A stretch of DNA of 64,000 nucleotides from Candidatus Eiseniibacteriota bacterium (GCA_963823555.1 CAWGMA010000002.1:320001-384000), one strand, 5' to 3'; positions 9,944 through 20,305 are shown, numbered from the stretch's first letter. The notes: generated by a model not told the origin, from the sequence alone. Translations and numbers: made by a program.

Positions 9944-11470
9944 ATGAACCCACGCGACGTGGCTGTCGACAGCCGGCACACGAGCGGCATCGGTCGCCGC
10001 AACTCTCTGCTCGCCATCCTCGTCGTGGCGGCAGGCGCCGCGGTGCGCCTGCGCCTGTATCTCGCCGCATGGCCCTTCCGGTTCGACGAGCTCAGGGTCG
10101 CATACAACCTGATCGAGCGGTCCTTCCTCGGACTGGTGCGCCCTCTCGACCATGGCCAGAGCGCGCCGATCGGTTTCCTGTGGCTCGAGAAGCTCGCGCT
10201 CATTCTCTTCGGGACGAGCGAGCATGCGCTGCGCCTGGTGCCGCTGCTCGCCGGCGTGGCGTCTCTACCCCTGCTGCTGAGCACAGGTCGCCGCGCCGCG
10301 CTCGCCTCGGGGGCGCTCATCGCGGCGTTGCTGATGGCCTTGAGCCCGCCGCTCGTCCTCCGCGCCTGCGATCTCAAGCAGTACTCGACCGATGTCCTCG
10401 CCACCGTCCTCGTGTTGCTCGCCGCCCTGCCGCTCCTGCGTCCGGCGAGCCCAGCTGGAGAGCGCCGCCACCTCATCGCGCTCGCGGCGGCCGGGAGCGC
10501 GGCGTTGTTCTTCTCCCATCCCGCTCTCTTCGTCGTCGCCGCGGTCGGCCTGGCGCTCGCGGCCGACGCCGGGGCCAGGCGGCGATGGACCAGGATGGGC
10601 GCCCTGGCGGTCATCGGTGGCGTCTGGTTCCTGGTCCTCGCCATCCTCTACGTGGTCAACCTGCGCCATCTGCAGGGAAGAGACACCCTCGCCACATGGT
10701 TCGGGCCCGATTTCATGCCCTGGCCCCCGAGCGCGGGCGATCTTCACTGGTACGGCGCCGCCTTCGCGAGCCTCCTGGCATCGCTCGGGTTGACGCATCT
10801 CGTCCTCGGAGCTGTCATGCTGGCTCTCGGCGCCGTGCGGTTCCTGCGGCGCCAGTGGCCCGTCGCGGTCATGCTCGTCGTCCCCATCCTGCTCGCGGCC
10901 GTCGCCTCCGCCTTCCGCAGCTACCCGTTCCAGGGCCGGCTACTGACCTTCACGGCACCGCTCCTGTGTCTCCTGATCGGAGCCGGCTTCAGCGCCATCC
11001 TCGACATGACACCCCGCTATCGGATGCTCGTCGGAGCCATCGTGGTCGTTCCGCTGGCGGCGGGGATGATCGGTGATCTCTTTCGTCTGCCCCGCTGGGG
11101 CGGGGGGCGCTACGACATCGTCACGGTTCTCTGGGAGGTGACGCCGCTCGTCGAGGAGGATGACCTGATCCTGGTCTCGGGCGCCCTGCGTTATCCCTAC
11201 GAATACTATGCGGCCCGCTCCGGGCTCCGTGTGGAGCCGATCATCGTCGAGCTGCCGCTTTCCCCCGGCGATCCGATCCGGAACCTCGAGCTCGCGTCGC
11301 TGCCCGGCCATCGCGCATGGCTGTTCACTCCCCACACGCAGTATGCCGGCCGGGACGAGAGCGGCGATCCGCGTCCGGCCACTCGGGCCATCCTCGACCG
11401 GGTGGGCACCCGCCGGGCCGCCTACGCCGGCGCCAACATGAGCGCCATGCTCTACGAGTTCGCCCCGTGA
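9944..11470 (+). CDS. Polytopic membrane glycosyltransferase (GT-C/GT39-like)
   Basis: First TM followed by FRFDE, then APIGFLWL and LKQYSTD; more than 10 TM helices. Confidence 0.75.
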   Translation: MNPRDVAVDSRHTSGIGRRNSLLAILVVAAGAAVRLRLYLAAWPFRFDELRVAYNLIERSFLGLVRPLDHGQSAPIGFLWLEKLALILFGTSEHALRLVPLLAGVASLPLLLSTGRRAALASGALIAALLMALSPPLVLRACDLKQYSTDVLATVLVLLAALPLLRPASPAGERRHLIALAAAGSAALFFSHPALFVVAAVGLALAADAGARRRWTRMGALAVIGGVWFLVLAILYVVNLRHLQGRDTLATWFGPDFMPWPPSAGDLHWYGAAFASLLASLGLTHLVLGAVMLALGAVRFLRRQWPVAVMLVVPILLAAVASAFRSYPFQGRLLTFTAPLLCLLIGAGFSAILDMTPRYRMLVGAIVVVPLAAGMIGDLFRLPRWGGGRYDIVTVLWEVTPLVEEDDLILVSGALRYPYEYYAARSGLRVEPIIVELPLSPGDPIRNLELASLPGHRAWLFTPHTQYAGRDESGDPRPATRAILDRVGTRRAAYAGANMSAMLYEFAP

Positions 11471-12921
11471 GGGCGCCGGCGGTAGACGCCACGTAGCCGG
11501 CGACCCAGCATCAGCCACAGCATCCCCCAGAACGTGTGGAAGTTCTGGTACTTCCGGTACATCGAGTAGCTGCGCGGCATGTAGTGCACCGGGACCTCGA
11601 TGATCCGTTCGCGTGCCTCCAGGAGCTCGATCATCATCTCGGCTGAGAACTCGGGGCCCGTGGCCACGAGGTTGGACTGGATCATGTCCAGGGAGCTCCG
11701 CCACACCGCCCGCAGGGTGCAGCCCACATCGGTGAAGCGGCAATCGAACCGCCACCACAGGAGCTCCATGAGCTTCGCCAGGATGATGTTGGCCAGGCGC
11801 ACGATGCCGCGCATCTGGGAGCCCCGGCTGATCAGCTGCCGCGTCGTGCGCGTCCCGATCACCATGTCGGCGTCCGGCAAGTAGGCGAGCAGCTTGGCCA
11901 CATCGCGAGCCGGATAGGAGTAGTTGGCGTCGGTGAGCATGATGACATCACCCGGAAGCTGGGCGAGGGCATACCGGAGCTTCTCGCCGTATCGAGTCAG
12001 CCGCGGCGGACAGCGGATCACACGGACACCGCTATCCGCGATCAGGGCTGTGACCGAGTTGTCGTGCGGGACCACGACAGCCAGGCGATGGATGCGTCCT
12101 TGCCGCCGGTACTGGGCGATGGTCAGGTTGATATCCGTTTCGTCGCCCTCGCTGTAGATGAGGAGGGAGACATCGACGGACTCGAGCAGCTTCTGCCGCG
12201 TATGGTACTTGGCGAGCTGGAGAGAATCGCGATCGTTGATGTTGACGTAGGTGCCCTCGATGCGGAAATGCCGGATGCGCTCTCCCTCCGCGCACAGCCG
12301 ACCCAGTTCGCCGACCAGATCCACGCCGCCTTCGCCCACCTGGGCGAAGGCCTCTTCGAGGATGGTGAACAGGCGCGGATGGAACACGAAGGTGCCTGTT
12401 CCCAGCAGGCGGTTGGGGATTGCGGTGGGCTTCTCGATCAGGCGCGTGACGCGATCGCCCTCCAGCTCGACCGAGTAGTTGCGTCGGATCACATCGTCAT
12501 CGTCCACCTCGAGCACGCCGCAGGTGGCCAGGGCATCACGGTAGGGGAAGGTCGCGAGGGCTCCGTGGTTGGTGTCGATGTAACACTCATCGGACAGCAT
12601 CACGCAAAAGTAGTCGTCGACGTAGCGGCGGGCGAGCAGCACCGAGTAAGCGAGGCCGCGCTCGATGGCATCGTTGTGGACATAGCGGATACGCACGCCG
12701 AGCTGGCTGCCGTCCCCGAAGTGGCCCTGGATCTGGTCGCCGAAGGGGCCGATCACGATGCAGATGTCGCGTATGCCCAGGGCGTCTCGCATGATGGTCA
12801 GATTGCGCTCGATATTGGGCACGCCGTTGATGCGGAGCATGCCCTTGGGGGTGTTGTGCGTGTAAGGGTAGGCGCGGGTGCCGCGCCCTGCCGCCGGTAT
12901 CACCCCCTGGAGCGTTGCCAT
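11452..12921 (-). CDS. Sugar-phosphate nucleotidyltransferase fused to a GT2-like domain
   Basis: VIPAAGRGTRAYP..PKGML at the N-terminus; C-terminal DPM-synthase-like TDVGCTLRA/IEVPVHY. Confidence 0.85.
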   Translation of the reverse strand: MATLQGVIPAAGRGTRAYPYTHNTPKGMLRINGVPNIERNLTIMRDALGIRDICIVIGPFGDQIQGHFGDGSQLGVRIRYVHNDAIERGLAYSVLLARRYVDDYFCVMLSDECYIDTNHGALATFPYRDALATCGVLEVDDDDVIRRNYSVELEGDRVTRLIEKPTAIPNRLLGTGTFVFHPRLFTILEEAFAQVGEGGVDLVGELGRLCAEGERIRHFRIEGTYVNINDRDSLQLAKYHTRQKLLESVDVSLLIYSEGDETDINLTIAQYRRQGRIHRLAVVVPHDNSVTALIADSGVRVIRCPPRLTRYGEKLRYALAQLPGDVIMLTDANYSYPARDVAKLLAYLPDADMVIGTRTTRQLISRGSQMRGIVRLANIILAKLMELLWWRFDCRFTDVGCTLRAVWRSSLDMIQSNLVATGPEFSAEMMIELLEARERIIEVPVHYMPRSYSMYRKYQNFHTFWGMLWLMLGRRLRGVYRRRPHGANS

Positions 12922-12945
12922 GTCCAGCCTGTGCCCTCCGGTGAA

Positions 12946-13629
12946 TCAGCCGAGCAAGCGATAGCGGACCAGGAGCCAGAAGAACTTCGTGGTCTCGGTC
13001 AGGTGGCGCATCTTCGAGGCGCCACCCTGGCGCGGTGCGTAGGCGATCGGGATCTCGGCGATGCGGATTCCCCGGCGCGAGAGCTTCACCCCGAGCTCCA
13101 GCACGTGCTCGAAGCCCTTGCGCTCGAGCACCATGCCATCGACCGCCGACCGGCGCAACGCCTTGCATCCGGTATAGAGGTCGGTGAGGCGCTGACCGAA
13201 GAGGATGTTGTAGAGCGTGGTGATCATGCGGTTGCCGATGCGACGGAGCCACGGCATCTGGAGCTCGCGCGGGTCGAGGAAGCGGCTCGTATACACGGCT
13301 TCATGGCGCTCCAGCTCGCGCACCAGCGCTGGAATCGCCTCCGGAGGGTATTCGCAGTCGGCGTCGATGATGATCAGGGCCTCCGCGGTCGAGCGGGCGA
13401 TCCCATCGATGATCGAGCCGCCGTAGCCTTCGTTCCGCTCGTGCTCGATGACGGTCGCATCGGGGAGGGATCTGAGGATGGGGAGAGTACGATCCGTCGA
13501 GGCATTGTCCACGAACAGCAGGCGCAGCGGCAACGGCAGGCTTTGCACGCGGGCGAGGAACTGCGGTAGCAGTTGCTCCTCGTTGAGCACAGGCACGATG
13601 ACATCCACCGCCGGGAACGAAACAGGCAT
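12946..13629 (-). CDS. Glycosyltransferase family 2 (polyprenol-phosphate glycosyltransferase-like)
   Basis: IVPVLNEE, VDNASTD, DADCEY and TDLYTGCK motifs. Confidence 0.9.
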   Translation of the reverse strand: MPVSFPAVDVIVPVLNEEQLLPQFLARVQSLPLPLRLLFVDNASTDRTLPILRSLPDATVIEHERNEGYGGSIIDGIARSTAEALIIIDADCEYPPEAIPALVRELERHEAVYTSRFLDPRELQMPWLRRIGNRMITTLYNILFGQRLTDLYTGCKALRRSAVDGMVLERKGFEHVLELGVKLSRRGIRIAEIPIAYAPRQGGASKMRHLTETTKFFWLLVRYRLLG

Positions 13630-13678
13630 CGAGCGCGCTCTCCTGGAAGTCTGGCGCCGGCTGAATGAATCGCGGGCG

Positions 13679-13707
13679 AGTGTAACCTCCCGCTGCCGCG
13701 ATCTCAA
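13679..13707 (-). promoter_or_regulatory. sigma70-type promoter for the GT2 operon
   Basis: TTGAGA-17bp-TACACT. Confidence 0.55.
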
Positions 13708-13759
13708 CAGGGCCAGGTGATGGACTCGCCGTCTCCGGAGCGAGCGCGGATCCCGCCGA

Positions 13760-14761
13760 TCAGCTTCGCGGTTCGAGCGGAATCCCGTCCTCGAACGTGA
13801 ACCCCCCGGTGAGAACCCGGGCGCCCTCGGGAGCCTCGTCCGCCGGCAGACGCTCGCTCTCGACGTACTTCGTGCCGTCGAAGGTGTGCCTGACGTAGGA
13901 CGCCGGCGCGCCGCCGCCCGATTCGAGACGGATGAGATCATGCCAGCCCGCGGTCTTCCGGGGCGAGACGATCACGGGCTCGCGACTGATCGGAAAGTCG
14001 TTGACCAGGGTGTAGCCGTCGGCCGGATGGGTGAACACGAGGAGGTTGCAGCCGCCGGTTCCACAGAAGATCGAGCCCAGGAGATAGACGAGCACCTCGT
14101 CCTCACCGTCCTCGTTCAGATCGATCCGGCCATACACGTATCGCGCGCGACCGACACTCGATTCGATGTCGATGATCTCGTGCCGGTAATCAGGGAACTC
14201 ACGCCGGATTGCTGTCTCGAGGGCGGCATCGGGCTCCGTGAGGAAATGGCCTTCATCCGGCTCCCACGCATAGATGCCGCCGTCGGCCATGAGGCTCAGG
14301 TAGAGACGGTCGCCTTCGAACCGGTAAGAACGGACGTAGGCGGCGTCCGCGCTCACGCGCTCGTCGAGGCTTCCCGGCGGGCAGATGGCCTGCGTGGTCG
14401 CCAGCGGGCCGAACTCGAAGCGACCGCCCGCGCCGTCGGCGCCGGCCTCGGCGGACCAGGTACCGTTGGCGCGATTGCAGTCGAGACGCAGGTTGACGGT
14501 GCCGTCGCGGTTCAGCCGCATCGTGTAGACAGACGGGTCGTCGGGGCGGACAGTGCCCACGGCATCGTCCATCGACTGGATCTCCACCAGCCGCCAGACC
14601 GTCCCCGCGAACTGGCTCGGCGTCGCTTGCGGGGCGTCGCCGCTTACCTCACGCTTGGGCGGCTCGGCTCCCCGTTCGGACTGCTGTGCACTACAGCTGG
14701 AGAGAGCGACGGTGGATAGCAGAATCACGGCAGCGGTCCAGCTGCGGAGGGCTCGATTCAT
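13760..14761 (-). CDS. META (HslJ-like) domain lipoprotein
   Basis: Lipobox LSSC; AGTVWRLVE..DCNRANG..GPLATTQAIC META pattern; C-terminal CGTGGC domain. Confidence 0.8.
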   Translation of the reverse strand: MNRALRSWTAAVILLSTVALSSCSAQQSERGAEPPKREVSGDAPQATPSQFAGTVWRLVEIQSMDDAVGTVRPDDPSVYTMRLNRDGTVNLRLDCNRANGTWSAEAGADGAGGRFEFGPLATTQAICPPGSLDERVSADAAYVRSYRFEGDRLYLSLMADGGIYAWEPDEGHFLTEPDAALETAIRREFPDYRHEIIDIESSVGRARYVYGRIDLNEDGEDEVLVYLLGSIFCGTGGCNLLVFTHPADGYTLVNDFPISREPVIVSPRKTAGWHDLIRLESGGGAPASYVRHTFDGTKYVESERLPADEAPEGARVLTGGFTFEDGIPLEPRS

Positions 14762-14952
14762 CGGTTGCTCTCCCCTCAATGGCTTGCGGAGTATCTGGTG
14801 CACCCTGCAGGGACACCCCGAGCCCGGGGCGGCTCCACGGAGCTCGAGAACGGGGAATCGTAGCGCCCAGCGTGGCCGTAGTGCAATCCGGCTCGCGCTG
14901 CTCCGCCGGCGCGATGGGCTCTGTGGTGACCGCCCTTCCGCCTGGCGGGCGC

Positions 14953-15942
14953 TTACCCGCGGGCCGCTCTCCTCCGTGCCCGGCGCCGCGCCTGGTGGCG
15001 CCGCTCGGCGGCCCACTTCTGGCGGATGGCATCGCGCATCCAGGTCCACTGCATCCGCGCCCACTCGCCGCGGCCGAGCCGATCGGTCCCGCGCTCCTCA
15101 CGCAGGTAGTCGAGCAGCTCGCTCAGGTTCGGGAACCATCCCCGGCGTGCGGAGAGCTCTGTCAGCAGGCGCTCGACCTCGGGGTTGATCCGACCATCAC
15201 GAAAGAAGTGCTTGGCGAGGTGAGTGGCCACGATGCACACGCCGCCCTCATGCTCCAGACGTTCCTGCCGTTTTGAGCCGATCAGGCGGATGAACTCGTG
15301 GACGTCGTCGGCGTTGGCGGCGGAGAACCACCACCGGATCAGGGGCCGCGCTGGATCGTGATAGGGGAGGGTGGGATTCACGGCGCGGACGTTGATGCCG
15401 TCGAAGACAAGGTTACGCACGTACGTGACATGCGACCGGCAGAGATCTCCCCACCAGTAGTCCGAGCCTGCGATATGACCCTGGTAGTGATCGGCGGGTA
15501 ACGAGCTCCGGCGCAGCATCATCTTGAGCAAGGGATCATCGACCCGCTCCGGACCCCAGTACAGGTTGTCCCGGTTCTCGGCGTGATTGATGTGCACGCG
15601 CGGGTAGGCGCCGAAGACGGAGCGAAACCGCTCGAGCGCGAGCTGGGTCTTCTCCCGCGGGCTCGACACCATCGATGCGCCGTGCATGGCGATCTCGAAG
15701 CCGCGCTGCTGGAGATCCACGACGAAGGCCACGTATTCCTCATCCTCGAGGGTCTGCGAGATGTCGTAGACGTTCTGCTCGCCGCCGCTCGCGAGCGGCC
15801 ACACCGACTTGGCGGCGCGGATGCCGAGATTCTCGAGGAGGCGGTAGACCGGTTCGACCGTCTCCACCCGCGCCATGTCGGTGTCGTCGCAGATCACGAA
15901 GGCGAAGCGCTTGCCGCCGGGAAAGGTGAGTTTGGCCGCCAT
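14953..15942 (-). CDS. Polysaccharide deacetylase-like (NodB-fold) protein
   Basis: FAFVICDDTD, GFEIAMHG, INHAEN and ATHLAK motifs; ATG abuts the stop of the upstream gene. Confidence 0.7.
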   Translation of the reverse strand: MAAKLTFPGGKRFAFVICDDTDMARVETVEPVYRLLENLGIRAAKSVWPLASGGEQNVYDISQTLEDEEYVAFVVDLQQRGFEIAMHGASMVSSPREKTQLALERFRSVFGAYPRVHINHAENRDNLYWGPERVDDPLLKMMLRRSSLPADHYQGHIAGSDYWWGDLCRSHVTYVRNLVFDGINVRAVNPTLPYHDPARPLIRWWFSAANADDVHEFIRLIGSKRQERLEHEGGVCIVATHLAKHFFRDGRINPEVERLLTELSARRGWFPNLSELLDYLREERGTDRLGRGEWARMQWTWMRDAIRQKWAAERRHQARRRARRRAARG

Positions 15943-15943
15943 G

Positions 15944-17101
15944 TCAGAACGCCTCATCGGCATCCGAGTCGCCGCGCGTGAGCCACCAGGCATCGAGCGC
16001 GCGGGGAAGCGCCGGTCCTGCCGCAGGGGTACGGGCCATGAAGTGCACGTTTCCCGCCACCGGCACGTAGGCGCGCCGGCGGAGGAGGGGCGCAAGAGAG
16101 GCGTGGCTCGCGGTGGCGAGCAGAGCGTCGGCGCCTGCGCCGCGCGCCGCAGCCTCGGCTGCGGCCAGGAGGGCGAGGAGGATGTCGGGCCGGTCGGCGG
16201 AGGCGACGAGCTCGGAGAGGACGGCGACGCGAATGCCGCGGAGCCGCGGATCGCCGCTCGCGCTCGGCTTGCGCACGACGGCGAGCCCCTCCACGCGCTG
16301 GCTCGAGCGCAGGGCCACCGGCAAGTACGATTGAGCATGCCGGTCGCCATAACGCCACGAGAGATACTCCCCGTTGCGGACGATCGATGCGGCGATCGAC
16401 TGCCGGGCGCGCGACCAGAGGTCATCGAGCTCCGCCGGCACCAGGGACGCCGGCTGCTCCACGGCGAAGCGCCCGCCACGCCCCCGGGCACGGGTCCAGA
16501 GCCCGGCGGCGCCGCGGAAGGCCCCGCCCGCGATATCGGCCAGCGGCCGCTGCTGGGCGGCGCGGAAGAGCGGCTGGAGGGGGCGCGGTATCGACGAGAG
16601 GCCGACCGTACCGAGGTCCACGGCGCGCAGGACGCGCGTTGGATCGAGGAGCCGCATGTGATTCGGAATGGCGCCCAGATCCATGAACCCATGCGCGGTG
16701 AAGAGCCGGCGCGCTGCCTGCTCCACGACCAGAGCCATGGCCAGCCCGAGCTGCCGCGTCGCCTCCTTGAGGACGAGAAACCCGATGGGTCCGTTCTGAT
16801 GAGCGGGAAGCACCCAGAGACCCTTGAACCAGTAGGCAGGGTGCTCGCTGCCTCCGCTCCAGACCCGGACCGGGATCGTGCCCAGGTGGCCGAGCGCCTC
16901 CCCTCCCTTCAAGAAGATGAAGGTCGGCGGTGCTTCGCCGGGAGTGATCGGGTTGGATGCCGCGGCTGCTTCGCGATTTCGCCGGATGGTCTCGGCCGTG
17001 ACGTCCTGTCCCCAGGCGGTGGAGTAGAAGGCGGCGAGGGCAGCCGCCGAATCATCATCGACGCGAATCACGCGCGCGGCACCCTGTGTCACCGGATCCA
17101 T
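15944..17101 (-). CDS. GNAT/FemAB-like acyltransferase
   Basis: LWVLPAHQNGPIG motif-A-like segment, RNGEYLSWRY, terminal GDSD; in an operon with ACP and FkbH. Confidence 0.65.
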   Translation of the reverse strand: MDPVTQGAARVIRVDDDSAAALAAFYSTAWGQDVTAETIRRNREAAAASNPITPGEAPPTFIFLKGGEALGHLGTIPVRVWSGGSEHPAYWFKGLWVLPAHQNGPIGFLVLKEATRQLGLAMALVVEQAARRLFTAHGFMDLGAIPNHMRLLDPTRVLRAVDLGTVGLSSIPRPLQPLFRAAQQRPLADIAGGAFRGAAGLWTRARGRGGRFAVEQPASLVPAELDDLWSRARQSIAASIVRNGEYLSWRYGDRHAQSYLPVALRSSQRVEGLAVVRKPSASGDPRLRGIRVAVLSELVASADRPDILLALLAAAEAAARGAGADALLATASHASLAPLLRRRAYVPVAGNVHFMARTPAAGPALPRALDAWWLTRGDSDADEAF

Positions 17102-17117
17102 GGAGCTCGCCGCGCGG

Positions 17118-17345
17118 CTACCAGACCGCACCCTGCGTGCGGAGGATGTCCTTGATCGTCTTCAAGTCGCTCATCCTGAGCGTGTCGTCCGCCGAGAAGG
17201 AGATGCCGTACGTCGATTCGAGCTCGACGACGAGGACCATGTGACCGAGCGAATCCCAGGCGGGAAGCGTGCGGTTCGATGTCGTCTCAGTGATCTCCGA
17301 GACCGGAACCCCGAAGACCTTCGCCACCACTTCTTCCGGAGTCAT
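17118..17345 (-). CDS. Acyl carrier protein
   Basis: 75 aa, WDSLGHM phosphopantetheine site; overlaps the FkbH stop (ATGA). Confidence 0.9.
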   Translation of the reverse strand: MTPEEVVAKVFGVPVSEITETTSNRTLPAWDSLGHMVLVVELESTYGISFSADDTLRMSDLKTIKDILRTQGAVW

Positions 17346-19630
17346 GTCTGATCCTCGACTGCGATCCAGGACGGCGGCTCGACCGCGGTGGAACCGAGAT
17401 CGAGATGCCACAGGTGGACAGGAGCCGAACTCCCATCCGCTGTGGCCGGTCCCGCCGCCTCCCGCTCGGTGAACCCGTGGCGGGCGTAGAAATCGCGTGC
17501 CGGCGCGTTCTTCTTGGTCTCGATGTACTCGCCGACGAGCCTGGTCACGCCCTGCGCGCGCCCGGCGGCGGCCACGGCGGCCAGGAGTGCGGTTTCGACC
17601 CCGTAGCCGATCACGCGGCAGCTCAGGATCATGCTGTCGACGATCCAGGCTTGCGGCTCCTTGCGGACGAGGGCTGCCGCTACCAGACCGTGATCCCCGA
17701 AGCGGTCGCGGGCGCGCAGCGTGTAGAACCCGAAGCGCTCGGCGTCGCGGGCGAACGACGTGAGCTCGGCGAGCTCGTAGCGCCTCGTCGTCAAGTTGAA
17801 CTGATTGGTGCGCTGGAAGACCTGCAGCAACCTCGGCAGCGAGGCGTCATCGGCCCGGGCGATCGTGACCTGGATGTCGAGGGACTCGAGATAGTCGGAG
17901 AGGGATGTCGAGTGCTCGCGGGCGAGCTTGCGTTCCCGGATCGAGCGGTACTGGTCCACCCGGCCGCGATCCTCCTCCGTGACGACCAGGCTCTGCAGCT
18001 GGGGCAGGAGCTCGATCGTGGACCGGTAGAGAGCCGGATCGTGGGGCAGATCCACGGTCAGGACGCGGGGGAACACCTGACGCATCAGCTGCCGTTCCTC
18101 CGGGCTGTCATCGATGAAGACCATCTGGTCCACTCCCAGGTTGAGCTCGTCGGCGATGCTCGCCATGTTCTCGCTCTTGGGGAGCCAGTTGATGCGGATC
18201 GCGCTGAAGTTCTCCTCGCGCAGGATCATCCCCTCGTGGTGGCGGATCACCTCCAGCGCATCATCGGGGTTGTTCTTCGAGTTGACCGCCAGGAGGATGC
18301 CGCGCTCGGTGAGCGTGCGGAGGTAGCGCTGGAAATCCTGGTATTCGATACCGGGAGACGTGTTGCCGAGCCGGATGCCGTGAAGTCCGTCCTCGCCCAC
18401 GATGCCGCCCCACAGCGTGTTGTCGAGGTCGAGAACGACGCACTTGCGGGTGAGCCCCTTGAGCGGGGCTACATAACGTGCATGCGCGCGCGCCACCTCG
18501 CCGAGGACGCCGTCGGCGAGCCGCATCGCGGCCAGGTAGCGCAGCTTCGGATGGTCGGCGCTGCCTCCGGGCCGGCGTGCCAGGACCTCCTGCATGTCGA
18601 GCAGGTAGGTGCGGGGAAGGGTCGCCAGTTGCTCGGCAAGTTGCCGGTTGAGGCCGTGGATCCAGTGCTCGCGAGTGAGAGCCGTGCTCGTCTCGACCGC
18701 TCCGCCCGGGGAACGGTAGGCCGAGTGGAAACTGTGGACCACGAGGACCGCATCGGCGCTCTCGGCGAAGCGGCGCGCCGCGAAGAGAACGCGATCGACG
18801 GCCTCGCGGCCTGCCGCCTCCAGCCCGGCGGGTCCGGCGCCGGAAGCCAGGTCCGGCACGAGGTCATCGATGGCCACGGCCAGGAAGGCGATTTCGGGCG
18901 AGAACCGGTGGAGCCCGGAATCCTCCGCCATCACCTCCTGGGTCCAGCTGTTGAAGGGCGCCACGTAGAGCTCTGGGGTGAGTCCGAGCGCTCGGAGCTC
19001 GAGGTCGAGATAGGGAGCGAGGGTCTCGATCGAGTACGAGCTCAGGAGCGCAGCGCGCACGGTGGGGCCATCGGGAGCGGGCAACGCCTGTCGCCGGCGG
19101 TGGACCAGGTTCACCGTGGCCTGCGTGGCTTCGGCCCGCGCCAGTCGCGTCAGGAGCTCGTGGGCGCGCGCGACCTCACCGGCGCGGATGGCCGCCTCGG
19201 AGGCCAGGCGCAGCAGCCCGGGGTGAGCGGGTGCGCGGGCGAGTGCCACCTCGAGAAGCGGTCCGATGGTCGCGGCGTGCTCGGTGCCGGCGGCCGCACT
19301 CAAGCGCTGGATCGTGTCCGGCGCCGCTGCATCGGCGCGCCTTTCGAGGAGCGCGCCGAGTTCCGGAATGGAGCTCGCACCATGTCGGGCGAGTCCCTTC
19401 TCGACCACGACATCCAGGAGCTGGCGGAGCGTCGCCGATGAGTCCCTGGCCGCGAAGTGCTCGCCGGCACGCAGCATGCCGGCCACTGCCAGTGGTTCGA
19501 GATGGGCGAGGGCGAACAGGGGAGCGGGTCCCGACCAGTCCAGCTCGGGGGCTGCGTTCCGCAGCCGCTCGATGAGATCAGTGTGCCGGAATGGGTCGGT
19601 CCTGCCTTCCTCTGGTCGCGCCCTCTTCAT
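17342..19630 (-). CDS. FkbH-like HAD-IIIC glyceryl transferase/phosphatase with N-terminal helical extension
   Basis: KCVVLDLDNTLWGGIVGEDG, SKNN, FIDDSPEER, RTNQFNLTT, DRFGDHG and LSCRVIG motifs. Confidence 0.92.
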   Translation of the reverse strand: MKRARPEEGRTDPFRHTDLIERLRNAAPELDWSGPAPLFALAHLEPLAVAGMLRAGEHFAARDSSATLRQLLDVVVEKGLARHGASSIPELGALLERRADAAAPDTIQRLSAAAGTEHAATIGPLLEVALARAPAHPGLLRLASEAAIRAGEVARAHELLTRLARAEATQATVNLVHRRRQALPAPDGPTVRAALLSSYSIETLAPYLDLELRALGLTPELYVAPFNSWTQEVMAEDSGLHRFSPEIAFLAVAIDDLVPDLASGAGPAGLEAAGREAVDRVLFAARRFAESADAVLVVHSFHSAYRSPGGAVETSTALTREHWIHGLNRQLAEQLATLPRTYLLDMQEVLARRPGGSADHPKLRYLAAMRLADGVLGEVARAHARYVAPLKGLTRKCVVLDLDNTLWGGIVGEDGLHGIRLGNTSPGIEYQDFQRYLRTLTERGILLAVNSKNNPDDALEVIRHHEGMILREENFSAIRINWLPKSENMASIADELNLGVDQMVFIDDSPEERQLMRQVFPRVLTVDLPHDPALYRSTIELLPQLQSLVVTEEDRGRVDQYRSIRERKLAREHSTSLSDYLESLDIQVTIARADDASLPRLLQVFQRTNQFNLTTRRYELAELTSFARDAERFGFYTLRARDRFGDHGLVAAALVRKEPQAWIVDSMILSCRVIGYGVETALLAAVAAAGRAQGVTRLVGEYIETKKNAPARDFYARHGFTEREAAGPATADGSSAPVHLWHLDLGSTAVEPPSWIAVEDQT

Positions 19631-19763
19631 GATAGGAAAATCGGCCCTCTCCAGCGTTCCGTTTAGACGGCATCGCGCCTGTCACCGAGTCCGGGACCGA
19701 CCCGTAAGAGACGTCAGGATAGCACTTTTCGGCGGCCGATGGCCGGCCCTTGCCGGTCTCCGG

Positions 19764-20144
19764 TCACTCGCCGCGGCGGCCGCCCGCGATCTTGCCGCCG
19801 ATCAGGGCGACCGGCACGATCAGGACCAGGAACACGACATGGTACCAGGGAGGCATCAGCGCCCACACCCCGGCCTGGACCGCGATCCCGGTTGCGAGCA
19901 GCAACCCGGCCATCACCAAGACGGCACGGGAGTGGCCCCCGGCAATCCTGGCAGCCGCGAACCCCGCAGCGAGCGAGCAGACGATGCTGAGCGCGATCAC
20001 TCCGAGGAGCCCACCGGTCGCAGTGTACGGTTGACCGGACTCGACGACCTCGGCCGCATCGGCGAAGAAGACCGCGTTACCCAGGAGCCACAGCACGGTC
20101 CATACCGTGTAGCCCAATATCACTCCGAGAACGGCTCGTCCCAC
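19764..20144 (-). CDS. Small 4-TM membrane protein
   Basis: Four hydrophobic helices, PPWYH; GAGGAG RBS. Confidence 0.75.
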   Translation of the reverse strand: MGRAVLGVILGYTVWTVLWLLGNAVFFADAAEVVESGQPYTATGGLLGVIALSIVCSLAAGFAAARIAGGHSRAVLVMAGLLLATGIAVQAGVWALMPPWYHVVFLVLIVPVALIGGKIAGGRRGE

Positions 20145-20205
20145 CAGTTTCTCCTCTCGTGATCGGGATCCACCCGATCATACACCAGGTTTCACGACCT
20201 CCCCC

Positions 20206-20235
20206 TTGACAGGTTCTGCGCGGGGCGGATAGCAT
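20206..20235 (+). promoter_or_regulatory. sigma70 promoter upstream of the rsgA leader
   Basis: TTGACA-18bp-TAGCAT. Confidence 0.6.
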
Positions 20236-20305
20236 TCTCAGGTGCCACGGGTCCGAATGTGTGTCCGGACCCACCGCTCCTCACCCTAGCCTGTGGAGGT
20301 GACCT

